From Cylindrospermopsis raciborskii Cr2010 (GTDB lineage: Bacteria > Cyanobacteriota > Cyanobacteriia > Cyanobacteriales > Nostocaceae): a DNA stretch of 32,000 bases. Both the position numbers and the translations under genes were made by a program. The notes under the pieces were generated by a model that ran no database searches, was not told the DNA's origin, and was given only the letters and a program-made list of their open reading frames with translations. This document shows positions 18,336 through 26,665 of this stretch, piece by piece; the stretch's first letter is position 1, and each line of letters begins with the position of its first letter. The stretch is from contig NZ_CP065936.1 of assembly GCF_003367075.2 (NCBI RefSeq), positions 630,001 to 662,000 of the forward strand, written 5' to 3'.

Positions 18336-18790
18336 CCCAAAACCGGAACCAGGTTTGCATGCCAAAACCTCCTAATTTCTACCTGCTTGCACAGTTTTAG
18401 TTCTGTTCCTTTATGGTTCCACTCTACCTGATCAAATATTTGATGTAATAAGCTCATACCCCTCCCGCTCTCTGATTCCTCTGGTGGCAAATAATCGCCG
18501 GGATCGCCTAGTTTGCCACAACAGGGTGTAAATCCATTCCCCTGGTCTGATATGATCCACCAATATTGATTATCTGTGAAGGAAAAACGTACCACCACCA
18601 GTTTACCAGGATCCAGATTATTTCCATGCTTGGCTGCATTCACTAGGGCTTCTTGTAGTCCTAGCCTAATTTCTGGCTGTAGATTTTTGGGAATATCTGC
18701 TAATAGTAGATCTAGTATGGGACACAAATAAAGGGTTGAGGCAAAACTAATAGTACCCCACGAGCACGGTTTAAGAGAAATGGTAATCAC
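18326..18790 (-). CDS. anti-sigma regulatory factor / Ser-Thr protein kinase of the RsbW-SpoIIAB type (HATPase_c fold)
   Basis: 154 aa with an N-box-like LQEALVNAAKHGN, a G1-like ISDQGNGF and a G2-like SGRGMSLL. Confidence 0.75.
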   Translation of the reverse strand: MITISLKPCSWGTISFASTLYLCPILDLLLADIPKNLQPEIRLGLQEALVNAAKHGNNLDPGKLVVVRFSFTDNQYWWIISDQGNGFTPCCGKLGDPGDYLPPEESESGRGMSLLHQIFDQVEWNHKGTELKLCKQVEIRRFWHANLVPVLGYK

Positions 18791-19101
18791 AAGAGAAACC
18801 CCGTAGCATCTGGTTAGCTAGACATTAATTCGCTGTTCCAATACGCGCTGGTGCGACGATTACCTTAACTACACTTTTAATTCTAATAAAAACATGAAAA
18901 TACTTTCCAATATGGACTGTGACCAGGCAAATCAAAACTGCACTCTCCAGCTGGCAAAAGAGTCTGGGAACACTTACTAGTGAATAGGGCGGGCCGACCC
19001 AAGGTAACCAGATGTATTCTTCTTACCTTAGTTTGATTTTAGCATTACTATTACTCAATAGGCTAGTGGTTTTTGAAAGTTTTTTTGTTGGTTCACAAGA
19101 A

Positions 19102-19219
19102 AGCGGTGATGCTAAGAATTAATTTTAGCAGAATCAGTAGAGGCTGTTTAAGCCAGCCTCAGAAAGTTCGTTTATGGACTCTTCAGAAATCTCCGTGTCT
19201 TTAGACCGGAGAAGCTTAA
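19102..19219 (+). repeat. 118-bp direct repeat, copy 1 (immediately 3' of the rlmD-like gene)
   Basis: Identical at 118/118 positions to 20818-20935 (compared base by base). Its last 4 nt overlap the stop codon of the minus-strand methyltransferase gene. Confidence 0.95.
19190..19212 (-). terminator. candidate intrinsic terminator of the rlmD-like gene, located inside repeat copy 1
   Basis: Read on the minus strand: TCTCCGGTC-TAAA-GACaCGGAGA (9 bp with one bulge), starting 3 nt after the TAA stop and followed by TTTCT. Confidence 0.4.
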
Positions 19220-20583
19220 CTTTCTAGAAAGGCCACTGTCTCCACGTGGGGTGTCTGAGGGAAAAAGTCCGCTGGTTGCACTTTCTTTAGCTTATACTCT
19301 CCACTGGCACATAACAAACTCAAGTCACGAGCTAATGTGGATGCTTTACAACTTATGTAAGCTATTTTTTTAGGTTTTAGTTTCAGCAGAGATTGTAGTA
19401 CAATAGGTTCACATCCCTTACGTGGTGGATCAAGAAGGACAATGTCTGGCAGTGTATCTAATTTGGGTAAAATATCCTCTACTGCTCCTATTTGGAATTT
19501 AGCATTAGTGATCCCGTTATGTTGAGCATTGTATATAGCTTGCTCTACTGCTGCTGGTTGTATTTCTAAGCCAATGGTCTGACGTGCTTGTTTTGCTAGT
19601 GGTAGAGTTAAAGTACCAATACCACAATAAGCATCAACAAGAATTTCATCACCCTGTAAATTAAGTTGTGATTGAATCACTTCCAAAAGTGCTTCTGCTG
19701 TTTCAGTGTAAACTTGAAAAAAGGTGTCTGGTCGCACCTTAAATTCCAGTCCAGCAAATCGTTCCCTGAGATAGGGGACTCCTGCAATACAAGTTGTTAC
19801 CTTTCCAAATATGGCATTCGTGCGATCGCCGTTATGATTCAAACAAATTCCCACCAGTTGAGGGTAACGGTGTAACCATTGCTGTGCTTGGGTTTCAATT
19901 CCTGGTAACTGACCATTTTTGACTACTAAGGTCAACAGAATTTCCCCCGTATAACGACCAATCCGTAAACCCAGATGGCGAATTTCCCCTTGATGACGGT
20001 TCTCATCATATACTGACCAACCTTGCTTTTGAATATCCTGTTTAATTTCCGTCAATAGAGGATTTAATCGAGGGTCTTGTACTGGACACTGATTTAAATT
20101 GATTAGTAAATGACTGCCTTTTTGATAGTAACCAGCTTGAACTTGTCCTGTAGATGAGGTTTTTATAGGATAAGTAGCTTTGTTGCGATAACCCAGGGGT
20201 GATTTTGTGGTTAACACTGATGCTACTGGTGGGTTAACAAAATTGCCAATTCTTTCTAAAGCCTGAATTACCTGGTTTTGCTTAACCTGTAACTGGTATT
20301 CATAATTTATGTGTTGCCATTGACAACCACCACATTTATCAGCAACAATACATTGGGGACGAGTTCTTTGCAAAGAAGGTTGGAAAATAGCTGTGACAGC
20401 GCCATGGGCATATTTATTCTTCACCCTGAGTAAACGAACCAACAGGCGATCGCCCACCACAGTATCGGGTACAAAAACAACCCTACCTTCAAACCTTCCC
20501 ACTCCTTCCCCATTGTCGTTGAGATCGGAAATTTCCAGCTCTATAATTTTTCCCTGTTGCCAAACTATATCATTATTATTCAT
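19216..20583 (-). CDS. rlmD: 23S rRNA (uracil-C5)-methyltransferase, RumA/RlmD type (TRAM domain, Fe-S cysteines, SAM methyltransferase)
   Basis: 455 aa with an N-terminal TRAM-like domain (GKIIELEISDLNDNGEGVGRFEGRVVFVPDTVVGD), a Cys cluster C..ADKCGGCQWQH, a SAM motif VDAYCGIGTLTLPLA, and DPPRKG. Confidence 0.9.
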   Translation of the reverse strand: MNNNDIVWQQGKIIELEISDLNDNGEGVGRFEGRVVFVPDTVVGDRLLVRLLRVKNKYAHGAVTAIFQPSLQRTRPQCIVADKCGGCQWQHINYEYQLQVKQNQVIQALERIGNFVNPPVASVLTTKSPLGYRNKATYPIKTSSTGQVQAGYYQKGSHLLINLNQCPVQDPRLNPLLTEIKQDIQKQGWSVYDENRHQGEIRHLGLRIGRYTGEILLTLVVKNGQLPGIETQAQQWLHRYPQLVGICLNHNGDRTNAIFGKVTTCIAGVPYLRERFAGLEFKVRPDTFFQVYTETAEALLEVIQSQLNLQGDEILVDAYCGIGTLTLPLAKQARQTIGLEIQPAAVEQAIYNAQHNGITNAKFQIGAVEDILPKLDTLPDIVLLDPPRKGCEPIVLQSLLKLKPKKIAYISCKASTLARDLSLLCASGEYKLKKVQPADFFPQTPHVETVAFLES

Positions 20584-20768
20584 TATTCATTACTACATTT
20601 TACTTAATAATACCAACTATACCGTTCACAAGAAAATCGCCGAAAGGCACGGAAGCCACTTGGCTTTAGACAGGAAGTGCCAACGACGAATTTATTCGCC
20701 TTGATATTTAACCGTGATGCGGTTCTTCAATATTCCAGTGTTGTCTTTATGTTATTTTGTGGCTGCTA

Positions 20769-20798
20769 TTGACAAGTAAGTCTTATCTGAGCTATACT
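20769..20798 (+). promoter_or_regulatory. near-consensus sigma70-type promoter upstream of apcD
   Basis: TTGACA (20769-20774), an 18-nt spacer, then TATACT (20793-20798). The predicted TSS is near 20805, about 190 nt upstream of the apcD ATG. Confidence 0.5.
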
Positions 20799-20817
20799 TT
20801 CGAAATAAACTTAAAGT

Positions 20818-20935
20818 AGCGGTGATGCTAAGAATTAATTTTAGCAGAATCAGTAGAGGCTGTTTAAGCCAGCCTCAGAAAGTTCGTTTATGGACTCTTC
20901 AGAAATCTCCGTGTCTTTAGACCGGAGAAGCTTAA
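20818..20935 (+). repeat. 118-bp direct repeat, copy 2 (in the predicted apcD 5' leader)
   Basis: Identical to 19102-19219. It ends 58 nt before the apcD ATG at 20994. Confidence 0.95.
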
Positions 20936-20993
20936 TTCTGTACCCGAAAATGGTTAAAATAGGAAATAATATATTTTCCGTGACTACATAATC

Positions 20994-21479
20994 ATGACTG
21001 TAATTAGCCAAGTTATTCTCCAAGCTGATGATGAGCTGCGTTATCCTAGCAGTGGCGAACTCAAAAGCATCAAAGATTTTTTTCAAACAGGAGTTCAGCG
21101 AACAAGAATCGCTGCTACCCTAGCGGAAAACGAAAAAAAGATTGTTCAGGAAGCCACCAAAAAACTTTGGCAGAAGCGCCCTGACTTTATTTCTCCTGGT
21201 GGCAATGCCTACGGTGATAAACAGCGTTCTCTATGTATCCGTGATTTTGGATGGTACTTACGTCTAATCACTTATGGAGTTTTAGCGGGGGACAAAGAGC
21301 CCATTGAAAAGATTGGTCTAATTGGTGTGCGGGAAATGTACAATTCCCTGGGTGTGCCAGTACCGGGTATGGTAGAAGCGATTAGTTGCCTCAAACAAGC
21401 GTCTTTAGACCTATTAAGTGGAGAAGATGCAGCAGCTACCCAACCATACTTTGACTATATAATCCAATCCATGTCCTAG
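20994..21479 (+). CDS. apcD: allophycocyanin alpha-B subunit (terminal emitter ApcD)
   Basis: 161 aa: [33 protein letters not shown]...SPGGNAYG...[25 protein letters not shown]...MYNSLGVP. Confidence 0.93.
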   Translation: MTVISQVILQADDELRYPSSGELKSIKDFFQTGVQRTRIAATLAENEKKIVQEATKKLWQKRPDFISPGGNAYGDKQRSLCIRDFGWYLRLITYGVLAGDKEPIEKIGLIGVREMYNSLGVPVPGMVEAISCLKQASLDLLSGEDAAATQPYFDYIIQSMS

Positions 21480-21532
21480 AACCACCCTAATAAACTTCCA
21501 AGTGGGCTATTGCTCAGTAGTCAGCCCCAAGC

Positions 21533-21585
21533 TTGATAGTGGCTAGGGCAAGACCATTATTAAGGTATTGTTGAGCTACTATCAA
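21533..21585. terminator. candidate long hairpin between convergent apcD and psaK
   Basis: TTGATAGTGGCT (21533-21544) pairs with AGCTACTATCAA (21574-21585), 12 bp including one G-U, around a 29-nt loop. Confidence 0.3.
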
Positions 21586-21606
21586 TGTTTGGGAGAGTAC
21601 TAGAAC

Positions 21607-21870
21607 TTAAATTTTACCGATGCTGTGAAGTCCTAATATCACACCTGCGCCGAGGATATGACCAAAAGCAGTGGTTGCCAGAACTGCTGGTAAACCGAAC
21701 CCGCCAAAGAAATTAGGAGATGGTGTGGAGGGAGGCGCGCTGGGGTACTCAATAGTAAATTTACCGAAACCAGCAGCAAAAATATTAGCCACCAACATAA
21801 TAATGCCAACGGTGGGGCTCCAGGTTAGGGGAGCAGTTGCGGTAACAGCGAGCAGGGCGGAAGTTAACAC
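21607..21870 (-). CDS. psaK: photosystem I subunit PsaK
   Basis: 87 aa with two TM helices: TWSPTVGIIMLVANIFAAGFGK...FGLPAVLATTAFGHILGAGVILGL. Confidence 0.88.
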   Translation of the reverse strand: MLTSALLAVTATAPLTWSPTVGIIMLVANIFAAGFGKFTIEYPSAPPSTPSPNFFGGFGLPAVLATTAFGHILGAGVILGLHSIGKI

Positions 21871-21981
21871 TAGATATTCTCCTTGGGTGATGTGAGCAGA
21901 TAATAAGAGCTGACATTATCATAAATCCAGTAAGATTATATGATCAACTGCCCATGGTTTCACTCACTTTCTCAATTTACT

Positions 21982-22425
21982 ATGTCCTTGAGTCCTGATT
22001 CCTTACCACCAGCGCTGGGGAAGATCGTTCAAAGATTTCAACGTGCTTCCGATCCCAAGCGTCGCTATGAACAGCTAATTTGGTATGCACAGAAACTACC
22101 TGAGTTTGCCGAAGCAAACAAGGTACCAGAAAACAAAGTTCCTGGTTGTGTTTCTCAGGTATATGTTACAGCTAGACTTAATGACAGCAAGGTAATGTTT
22201 GCAGGAGATTCAGATTCTCAGCTAACCAAGGGGTTATTAGCACTGTTAATAGAAGGGCTAAATGGATTAACTCCTAAAGAAATTATACAACTAACCCCGG
22301 AATTTATCCAAGAAACGGGATTAAACGTTAGTCTCACACCTTCCCGCGCCAATGGTTTTTACAACATCTTCAGGACCATGCAAAAAAAGGCACTAGAATG
22401 TGATCCACCAACAGGCGGGGGATGA
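21982..22425 (+). CDS. sufE: SufE-family sulfur-acceptor protein (Fe-S metabolism associated domain)
   Basis: RRYEQLIWYAQKLP...VPGCVSQVYVTA...GDSDSQLTKGLLALLIEGLNGLTPKEI...LTPSRANGF. The ATG at 21982 (MSLSPDS) is preferred to the upstream ATG at 21940. Confidence 0.85.
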   Translation: MSLSPDSLPPALGKIVQRFQRASDPKRRYEQLIWYAQKLPEFAEANKVPENKVPGCVSQVYVTARLNDSKVMFAGDSDSQLTKGLLALLIEGLNGLTPKEIIQLTPEFIQETGLNVSLTPSRANGFYNIFRTMQKKALECDPPTGGG

Positions 22426-22480
22426 TGGGCATTAGCTTACCAATACATCCCTTGTGCCTATTGGAATTCTACCTTAGCTA

Positions 22481-22711
22481 TTAAATGACCTGTTCTACTT
22501 CACCAATTTCGGGAATCATTTCTTTGAGACGGCGTTCAATGCCCATTCTCAGGGTCATAGTAGAACTAGGACAAGAACCGCAAGCCCCTTGTAAGCGTAG
22601 TTTCACAATTGGTCCATCCAATTCTACCACTTCCACATTACCCCCATCAGATATTAGGTAGGGTCGCATTTCATCTAGTACAGTTTCAACGTTTTCAAGA
22701 GTTAGTTCCAT
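22481..22711 (-). CDS. nfu: NifU C-terminal-domain (Nfu-type) Fe-S scaffold protein
   Basis: 76 aa: [54 protein letters not shown], with the CxxC Nfu signature. Confidence 0.9.
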   Translation of the reverse strand: MELTLENVETVLDEMRPYLISDGGNVEVVELDGPIVKLRLQGACGSCPSSTMTLRMGIERRLKEMIPEIGEVEQVI

Positions 22712-22780
22712 AGTTTTGATACCTGTTTAGTAGGGGATAGCTTTAAGCTTACCCGATTTTTCGTAGGGTAGTTGAAAGAC

Positions 22781-23017
22781 TCAATCATTCCATTCACCCC
22801 GTGGGGGGACAGGGGTGCGCATGGGAGTACGAGTCAGTTCATCATCCCTGGGAAAATCTCCCCGTAACCACTGACGAATGGCAACCTCTACGACCTTACT
22901 GGGGTCATTGGTGAGATGTTGAATCTGAGCGATTAATTCCGAGTCCAGACGTAGTGCTATTTCTATTTTTTCAGCGTTTGTATTATCCGCTTTATTGTGA
23001 TTCTTTTCCATATTCAT
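22781..23017 (-). CDS. small hypothetical protein, possibly ribbon-helix-helix-like
   Basis: KIEIALRLDSELIAQIQHLTNDPSKVVEVAIRQWL. The ORF-track start at 23056 is a TTG; ATG codons lie at 23017 and 23011. Confidence 0.45.
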   Translation of the reverse strand: MNMEKNHNKADNTNAEKIEIALRLDSELIAQIQHLTNDPSKVVEVAIRQWLRGDFPRDDELTRTPMRTPVPPRGEWND

Positions 23018-23244
23018 AGGTTTATATTCCCAAAAAAATTGCCCAACATTGCCCAACCCCAGATAACCAATTTGTAACTGGCAGTTTTTATATCCAGTGA
23101 CATCATATCCTGAAAATCAATTTACCGATTTAGTGGGGAAGAGGGGGAATTGCCAATCATGTATTACCCATTGCCCAATAAAGCATTAAAATACATGAAG
23201 TGAATACTTTTAAATTTTGACTGCTAATCAAGCAAAGATGGTAT

Positions 23245-25056
23245 ATGACTGAGGTTCCCGCCATTCGCATTCGCAACTTCTGTATTATCGCTCATATAGA
23301 TCATGGGAAGTCCACCCTGGCTGATCGTTTACTGCAGGCCACTGGGACGGTAGAAGACCGACAAATGAAAGAGCAGTTCCTAGATAATATGGATCTAGAA
23401 CGGGAGCGTGGCATCACAATTAAGCTGCAAGCAGCCCGCATGAATTACACCGCTAAGGATGGACAGCGGTATGTGTTGAACTTAATTGACACTCCTGGTC
23501 ATGTGGACTTTTCCTATGAAGTTTCACGCTCTTTAGCTGCTTGTGAAGGTGCTTTATTGGTAGTTGATGCTTCCCAGGGGGTAGAGGCCCAAACCTTGGC
23601 CAATGTGTACCTGGCCTTGGAACATGACCTGGAAATTATCCCCGTGTTAAATAAAATTGATTTACCAGGAGCAGAACCAGATCGGGTCATTGGAGAAATT
23701 GAGGAGATTATTGGACTAGATTGTAGCGGGGCAATTTTAGCCTCCGCTAAGGAAGGAATAGGTATTCCAGAAATTTTAGAGGCTATAGTCGAGCGCGTAC
23801 CCCCAGCAGCTGATACTGTCAGTCAACGATTAAGGGCCTTGATCTTTGATAGCTATTATGATAGCTACCGGGGAGTAATAGTTTATTTCCGGGTAATGGA
23901 TGGCACAGTCAAAAAAGGCGATCGCATTTATTTGATGGCCTCCGACAAGGAATATGAGATTGACGAGTTAGGAGTTCTTTGTCCCAACCAGACTCAGGTA
24001 GAAGAATTGCACGCGGGGGAGGTGGGTTATCTGGCTGCGGCGATTAAGGCGGTAGCTGATGCACGAGTGGGTGATACTATTACATTAGCAAAGGCTAAAG
24101 CTAGTGAAGCTTTACCAGGTTATACTGAAGCTAATCCCATGGTTTTTTGTGGTATGTTTCCTATAGATGCAGACCAATTTGAAGACTTACGGGAGGCTTT
24201 AGAAAAGCTAAGATTGAATGATGCTGCTTTGCAATACGAACCAGAAACTTCCAGTGCTATGGGATTTGGATTCCGTTGTGGGTTTTTAGGTTTGCTGCAC
24301 ATGGAAATTGTCCAGGAGCGGTTAGAGCGGGAATATAATCTGGATTTGATTATTACTGCTCCTTCCGTGGTTTATAAGGTGATTACTATCAAGGGTGAGG
24401 AACTCTATATTGACAATCCAAGCCACCTACCAGCACCTAACGATCGAGAAAGAATAGAAGAACCCTACGTACAAGTAGAAATGATTACTCCAGAAACCTT
24501 TGTAGGAACCCTAATGGAGTTATCACAAAATCGTCGGGGTGTGTTTAAGGATATGAAATACCTTACCCAAGGTAGAACCACTCTTACATACGAACTTCCC
24601 CTAGCTGAAGTAGTGACGGACTTTTTTGATCAGATGAAGTCCCGATCCCGTGGGTATGCTAGTATGGAATATCATCTAATTGGCTACCGTGAAAATCCTC
24701 TAGTAAAATTGGATATTATGATCAATGGTGACCCGGTAGACTCCTTGGCAATGATCGTTCACCGAGATAAAGCCTACAATGTGGGTAGATCCATGGCTGA
24801 AAAGTTGAAGGAATTAATTCCACGTCATCAGTTTAAAGTTCCTATCCAAGCTTCTATAGGCACTAAAGTAATTGCCAGTGAACATATCCCTGCTTTGAGA
24901 AAAGATGTTTTGGCTAAGTGCTATGGTGGTGATATTAGTCGTAAGAAAAAGCTTTTGCAAAAACAAGCTAAGGGTAAAAAACGGATGAAAGCTGTAGGGA
25001 CAGTGGATGTACCTCAAGAAGCTTTTATGGCTGTGTTAAAGTTAGATCAAAGCTAG
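23245..25056 (+). CDS. lepA: translation elongation factor 4 (LepA)
   Basis: 603 aa with GTPase motifs [23 protein letters not shown] and NKIDLP, plus the LepA C-terminal region ...[22 protein letters not shown]. Confidence 0.97.
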   Translation: MTEVPAIRIRNFCIIAHIDHGKSTLADRLLQATGTVEDRQMKEQFLDNMDLERERGITIKLQAARMNYTAKDGQRYVLNLIDTPGHVDFSYEVSRSLAACEGALLVVDASQGVEAQTLANVYLALEHDLEIIPVLNKIDLPGAEPDRVIGEIEEIIGLDCSGAILASAKEGIGIPEILEAIVERVPPAADTVSQRLRALIFDSYYDSYRGVIVYFRVMDGTVKKGDRIYLMASDKEYEIDELGVLCPNQTQVEELHAGEVGYLAAAIKAVADARVGDTITLAKAKASEALPGYTEANPMVFCGMFPIDADQFEDLREALEKLRLNDAALQYEPETSSAMGFGFRCGFLGLLHMEIVQERLEREYNLDLIITAPSVVYKVITIKGEELYIDNPSHLPAPNDRERIEEPYVQVEMITPETFVGTLMELSQNRRGVFKDMKYLTQGRTTLTYELPLAEVVTDFFDQMKSRSRGYASMEYHLIGYRENPLVKLDIMINGDPVDSLAMIVHRDKAYNVGRSMAEKLKELIPRHQFKVPIQASIGTKVIASEHIPALRKDVLAKCYGGDISRKKKLLQKQAKGKKRMKAVGTVDVPQEAFMAVLKLDQS

Positions 25057-25359
25057 TCAATATAGGATCAATTGGGGTGTGTATCAAGCATCAAAAAGTT
25101 ACCCAAGGAAGGGGGAGCAAAACCCCCCCAGAAATTCCTAACTCCACTCACCTACCTGGAAATTGGATAAAAACTATAAACCATGAGGAAAATCAAAACC
25201 CATCCTAGGTGTTATGGCTAAAGCTATATTATTGGTGTAGCGTTTTGTGAGACCTAGAAAACTAAAAACCACATCAAAGGTTGAAGGTTGATAAGAAAAT
25301 AAAGTCTCGAATTCCTGTTAGTTATTTAAATTTTTGTAAAGTATCGGGGAGTCAAAAGA

Positions 25360-26544
25360 ATGAAGATACTGGTACTAAGTTGGGAATTTCCACCAAGGAT
25401 AGTTGGAGGTATTGCTCGTCACGTGGGAGAGCTGTACCCAGAATTGGTGAAGTTAGGACATGAAATTCACCTAATTACACCCGATGTGAAACAAGCATCC
25501 CCTTATGAAGTGGTGGAAGGTATTTATGTGCACCGATTACCAGTAGCCCATAGCCATGATTTTTTTCACTGGGTAGTCAATTTAAATCAGAGTATGGGTC
25601 ATTATGGTGGTAAATTAATTAAAGAAGGATATTTTGATATTATTCATGCCCATGATTGGTTAGTAGGAGACGCGGCGATCGCCCTAAAACACAATTTCAA
25701 AATTCCTTTAGTTGCTACCATTCATGCGACAGAATATGGAAGATGTAATGGGATTCATAATGATATCCAAAACTATGTGCATAGTAAAGAAAATGAATTG
25801 GCGTATAATGCGTGGCGGATTATTGTTTGCACCAAATATATGCAAAAAGAAGTGACCAGAGCCTTGCAGAGTCCCCCAGATAAAATAGACATAATTTATA
25901 ATGGCATTCGTCCGGAGAAAAAACGTCATCATCGGGATTTTCATGCCCAAAATTTTCGTCGGCAATTTGCAGCTGATCACGAAAAAATAGTGTATTATGT
26001 TGGGAGAATAACCCATGAAAAGGGCATACCGGTATTACTCAACGCTGCTCCTCAAATTCTCTGGGAAATGGGTGGTTATGTTAAATTTGTGATTATTGGT
26101 GGTGGGAATACGGATCATTTAAAACAACAAGCTTGGGATTTAGGAATTTGGGACAAATGTTATTTCACAGGTTTCCTTTCTGATGATTATTTAGATAAAT
26201 TTCAAACCCTAGCTGATTGTGCGGTTTTTCCTAGTTTATATGAACCCTTTGGGATTGTGGCCTTAGAGAGTTTTGCTGCGAGGGTACCAGTGATAGTATC
26301 AGACACTGGTGGTTTTCCAGAAGTCATTGAACACACAAAAACAGGAATTATCACTCAGGTAAATAATCCCCGCTCATTAGCACGGGGAATCTTAGAAGTT
26401 TTGAAAAATCCCGGTTATGGAAAATGGTTAGTAGATAATGCATATCAAGAGTTGGAGCGCCGTTTTTGCTGGACAGAATTGGCCCAAAAAACCGTTACAG
26501 TTTATGAGAAAGTGTTAAAAGAGCGATCGCAAGTTGATTGGTAG
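25360..26544 (+). CDS. GT4-family (group 1, GT-B fold) glycosyltransferase
   Basis: 394 aa: MKILVLSWEFPPRIVGGIARHV...; C-terminal PSLYEPFGIVALESFAARVPVIVSDTGGFPEVI (E-x7-E region). Confidence 0.85.
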   Translation: MKILVLSWEFPPRIVGGIARHVGELYPELVKLGHEIHLITPDVKQASPYEVVEGIYVHRLPVAHSHDFFHWVVNLNQSMGHYGGKLIKEGYFDIIHAHDWLVGDAAIALKHNFKIPLVATIHATEYGRCNGIHNDIQNYVHSKENELAYNAWRIIVCTKYMQKEVTRALQSPPDKIDIIYNGIRPEKKRHHRDFHAQNFRRQFAADHEKIVYYVGRITHEKGIPVLLNAAPQILWEMGGYVKFVIIGGGNTDHLKQQAWDLGIWDKCYFTGFLSDDYLDKFQTLADCAVFPSLYEPFGIVALESFAARVPVIVSDTGGFPEVIEHTKTGIITQVNNPRSLARGILEVLKNPGYGKWLVDNAYQELERRFCWTELAQKTVTVYEKVLKERSQVDW

Positions 26545-26665
26545 GATACCAACTAAAAGGTCAAAAGAACACTAATACCTTACGGTGGGAATTTCTGTGG
26601 AGAAGTGCAAGATTTAAAGATAATTGGAGATAATTAGAAATAATAGGTGTTTGCAACTTCTGAGT

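Noticed and set aside
20623-20685. 63-nt stretch with words reminiscent of the glutamine (glnA-motif) riboswitch: CGTTCAC..., a GCC-GAAA-GGC hairpin followed by ACGGAAG, and ...AGGAAGTGCCAACG
   Set aside because: The 3' GAAGGAACG element that should close P1 is not intact (only CGTT/AACG can pair). I see no promoter upstream on the + strand. The downstream context (its own strong promoter, then apcD) is not a nitrogen-metabolism gene. A covariance-model scan (Rfam glnA) would settle it; I expect no hit.
20393-20704. 103-aa + strand ORF across the rlmD 5' end
   Set aside because: It is antisense to the methyltransferase CDS for most of its length, with low-complexity S/T/P-rich composition. 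Judged spurious.
20850-21086. 78-aa minus-strand ORF starting inside apcD and ending inside repeat copy 2
   Set aside because: It overlaps the first 93 nt of the strongly supported apcD CDS in antisense. No family is recognised. The equivalent frame in repeat copy 1 is not part of any ORF.
21671-21895. 74-aa + strand ORF
   Set aside because: It is antisense to psaK, whose translation is canonical.
25281-25463. 60-aa + strand ORF overlapping the GT4 start in another frame
   Set aside because: The GT4 frame has a canonical N-terminus (MKILVLSWEFPP...GGI). The overlapping ORF starts at a TTG and has no support.
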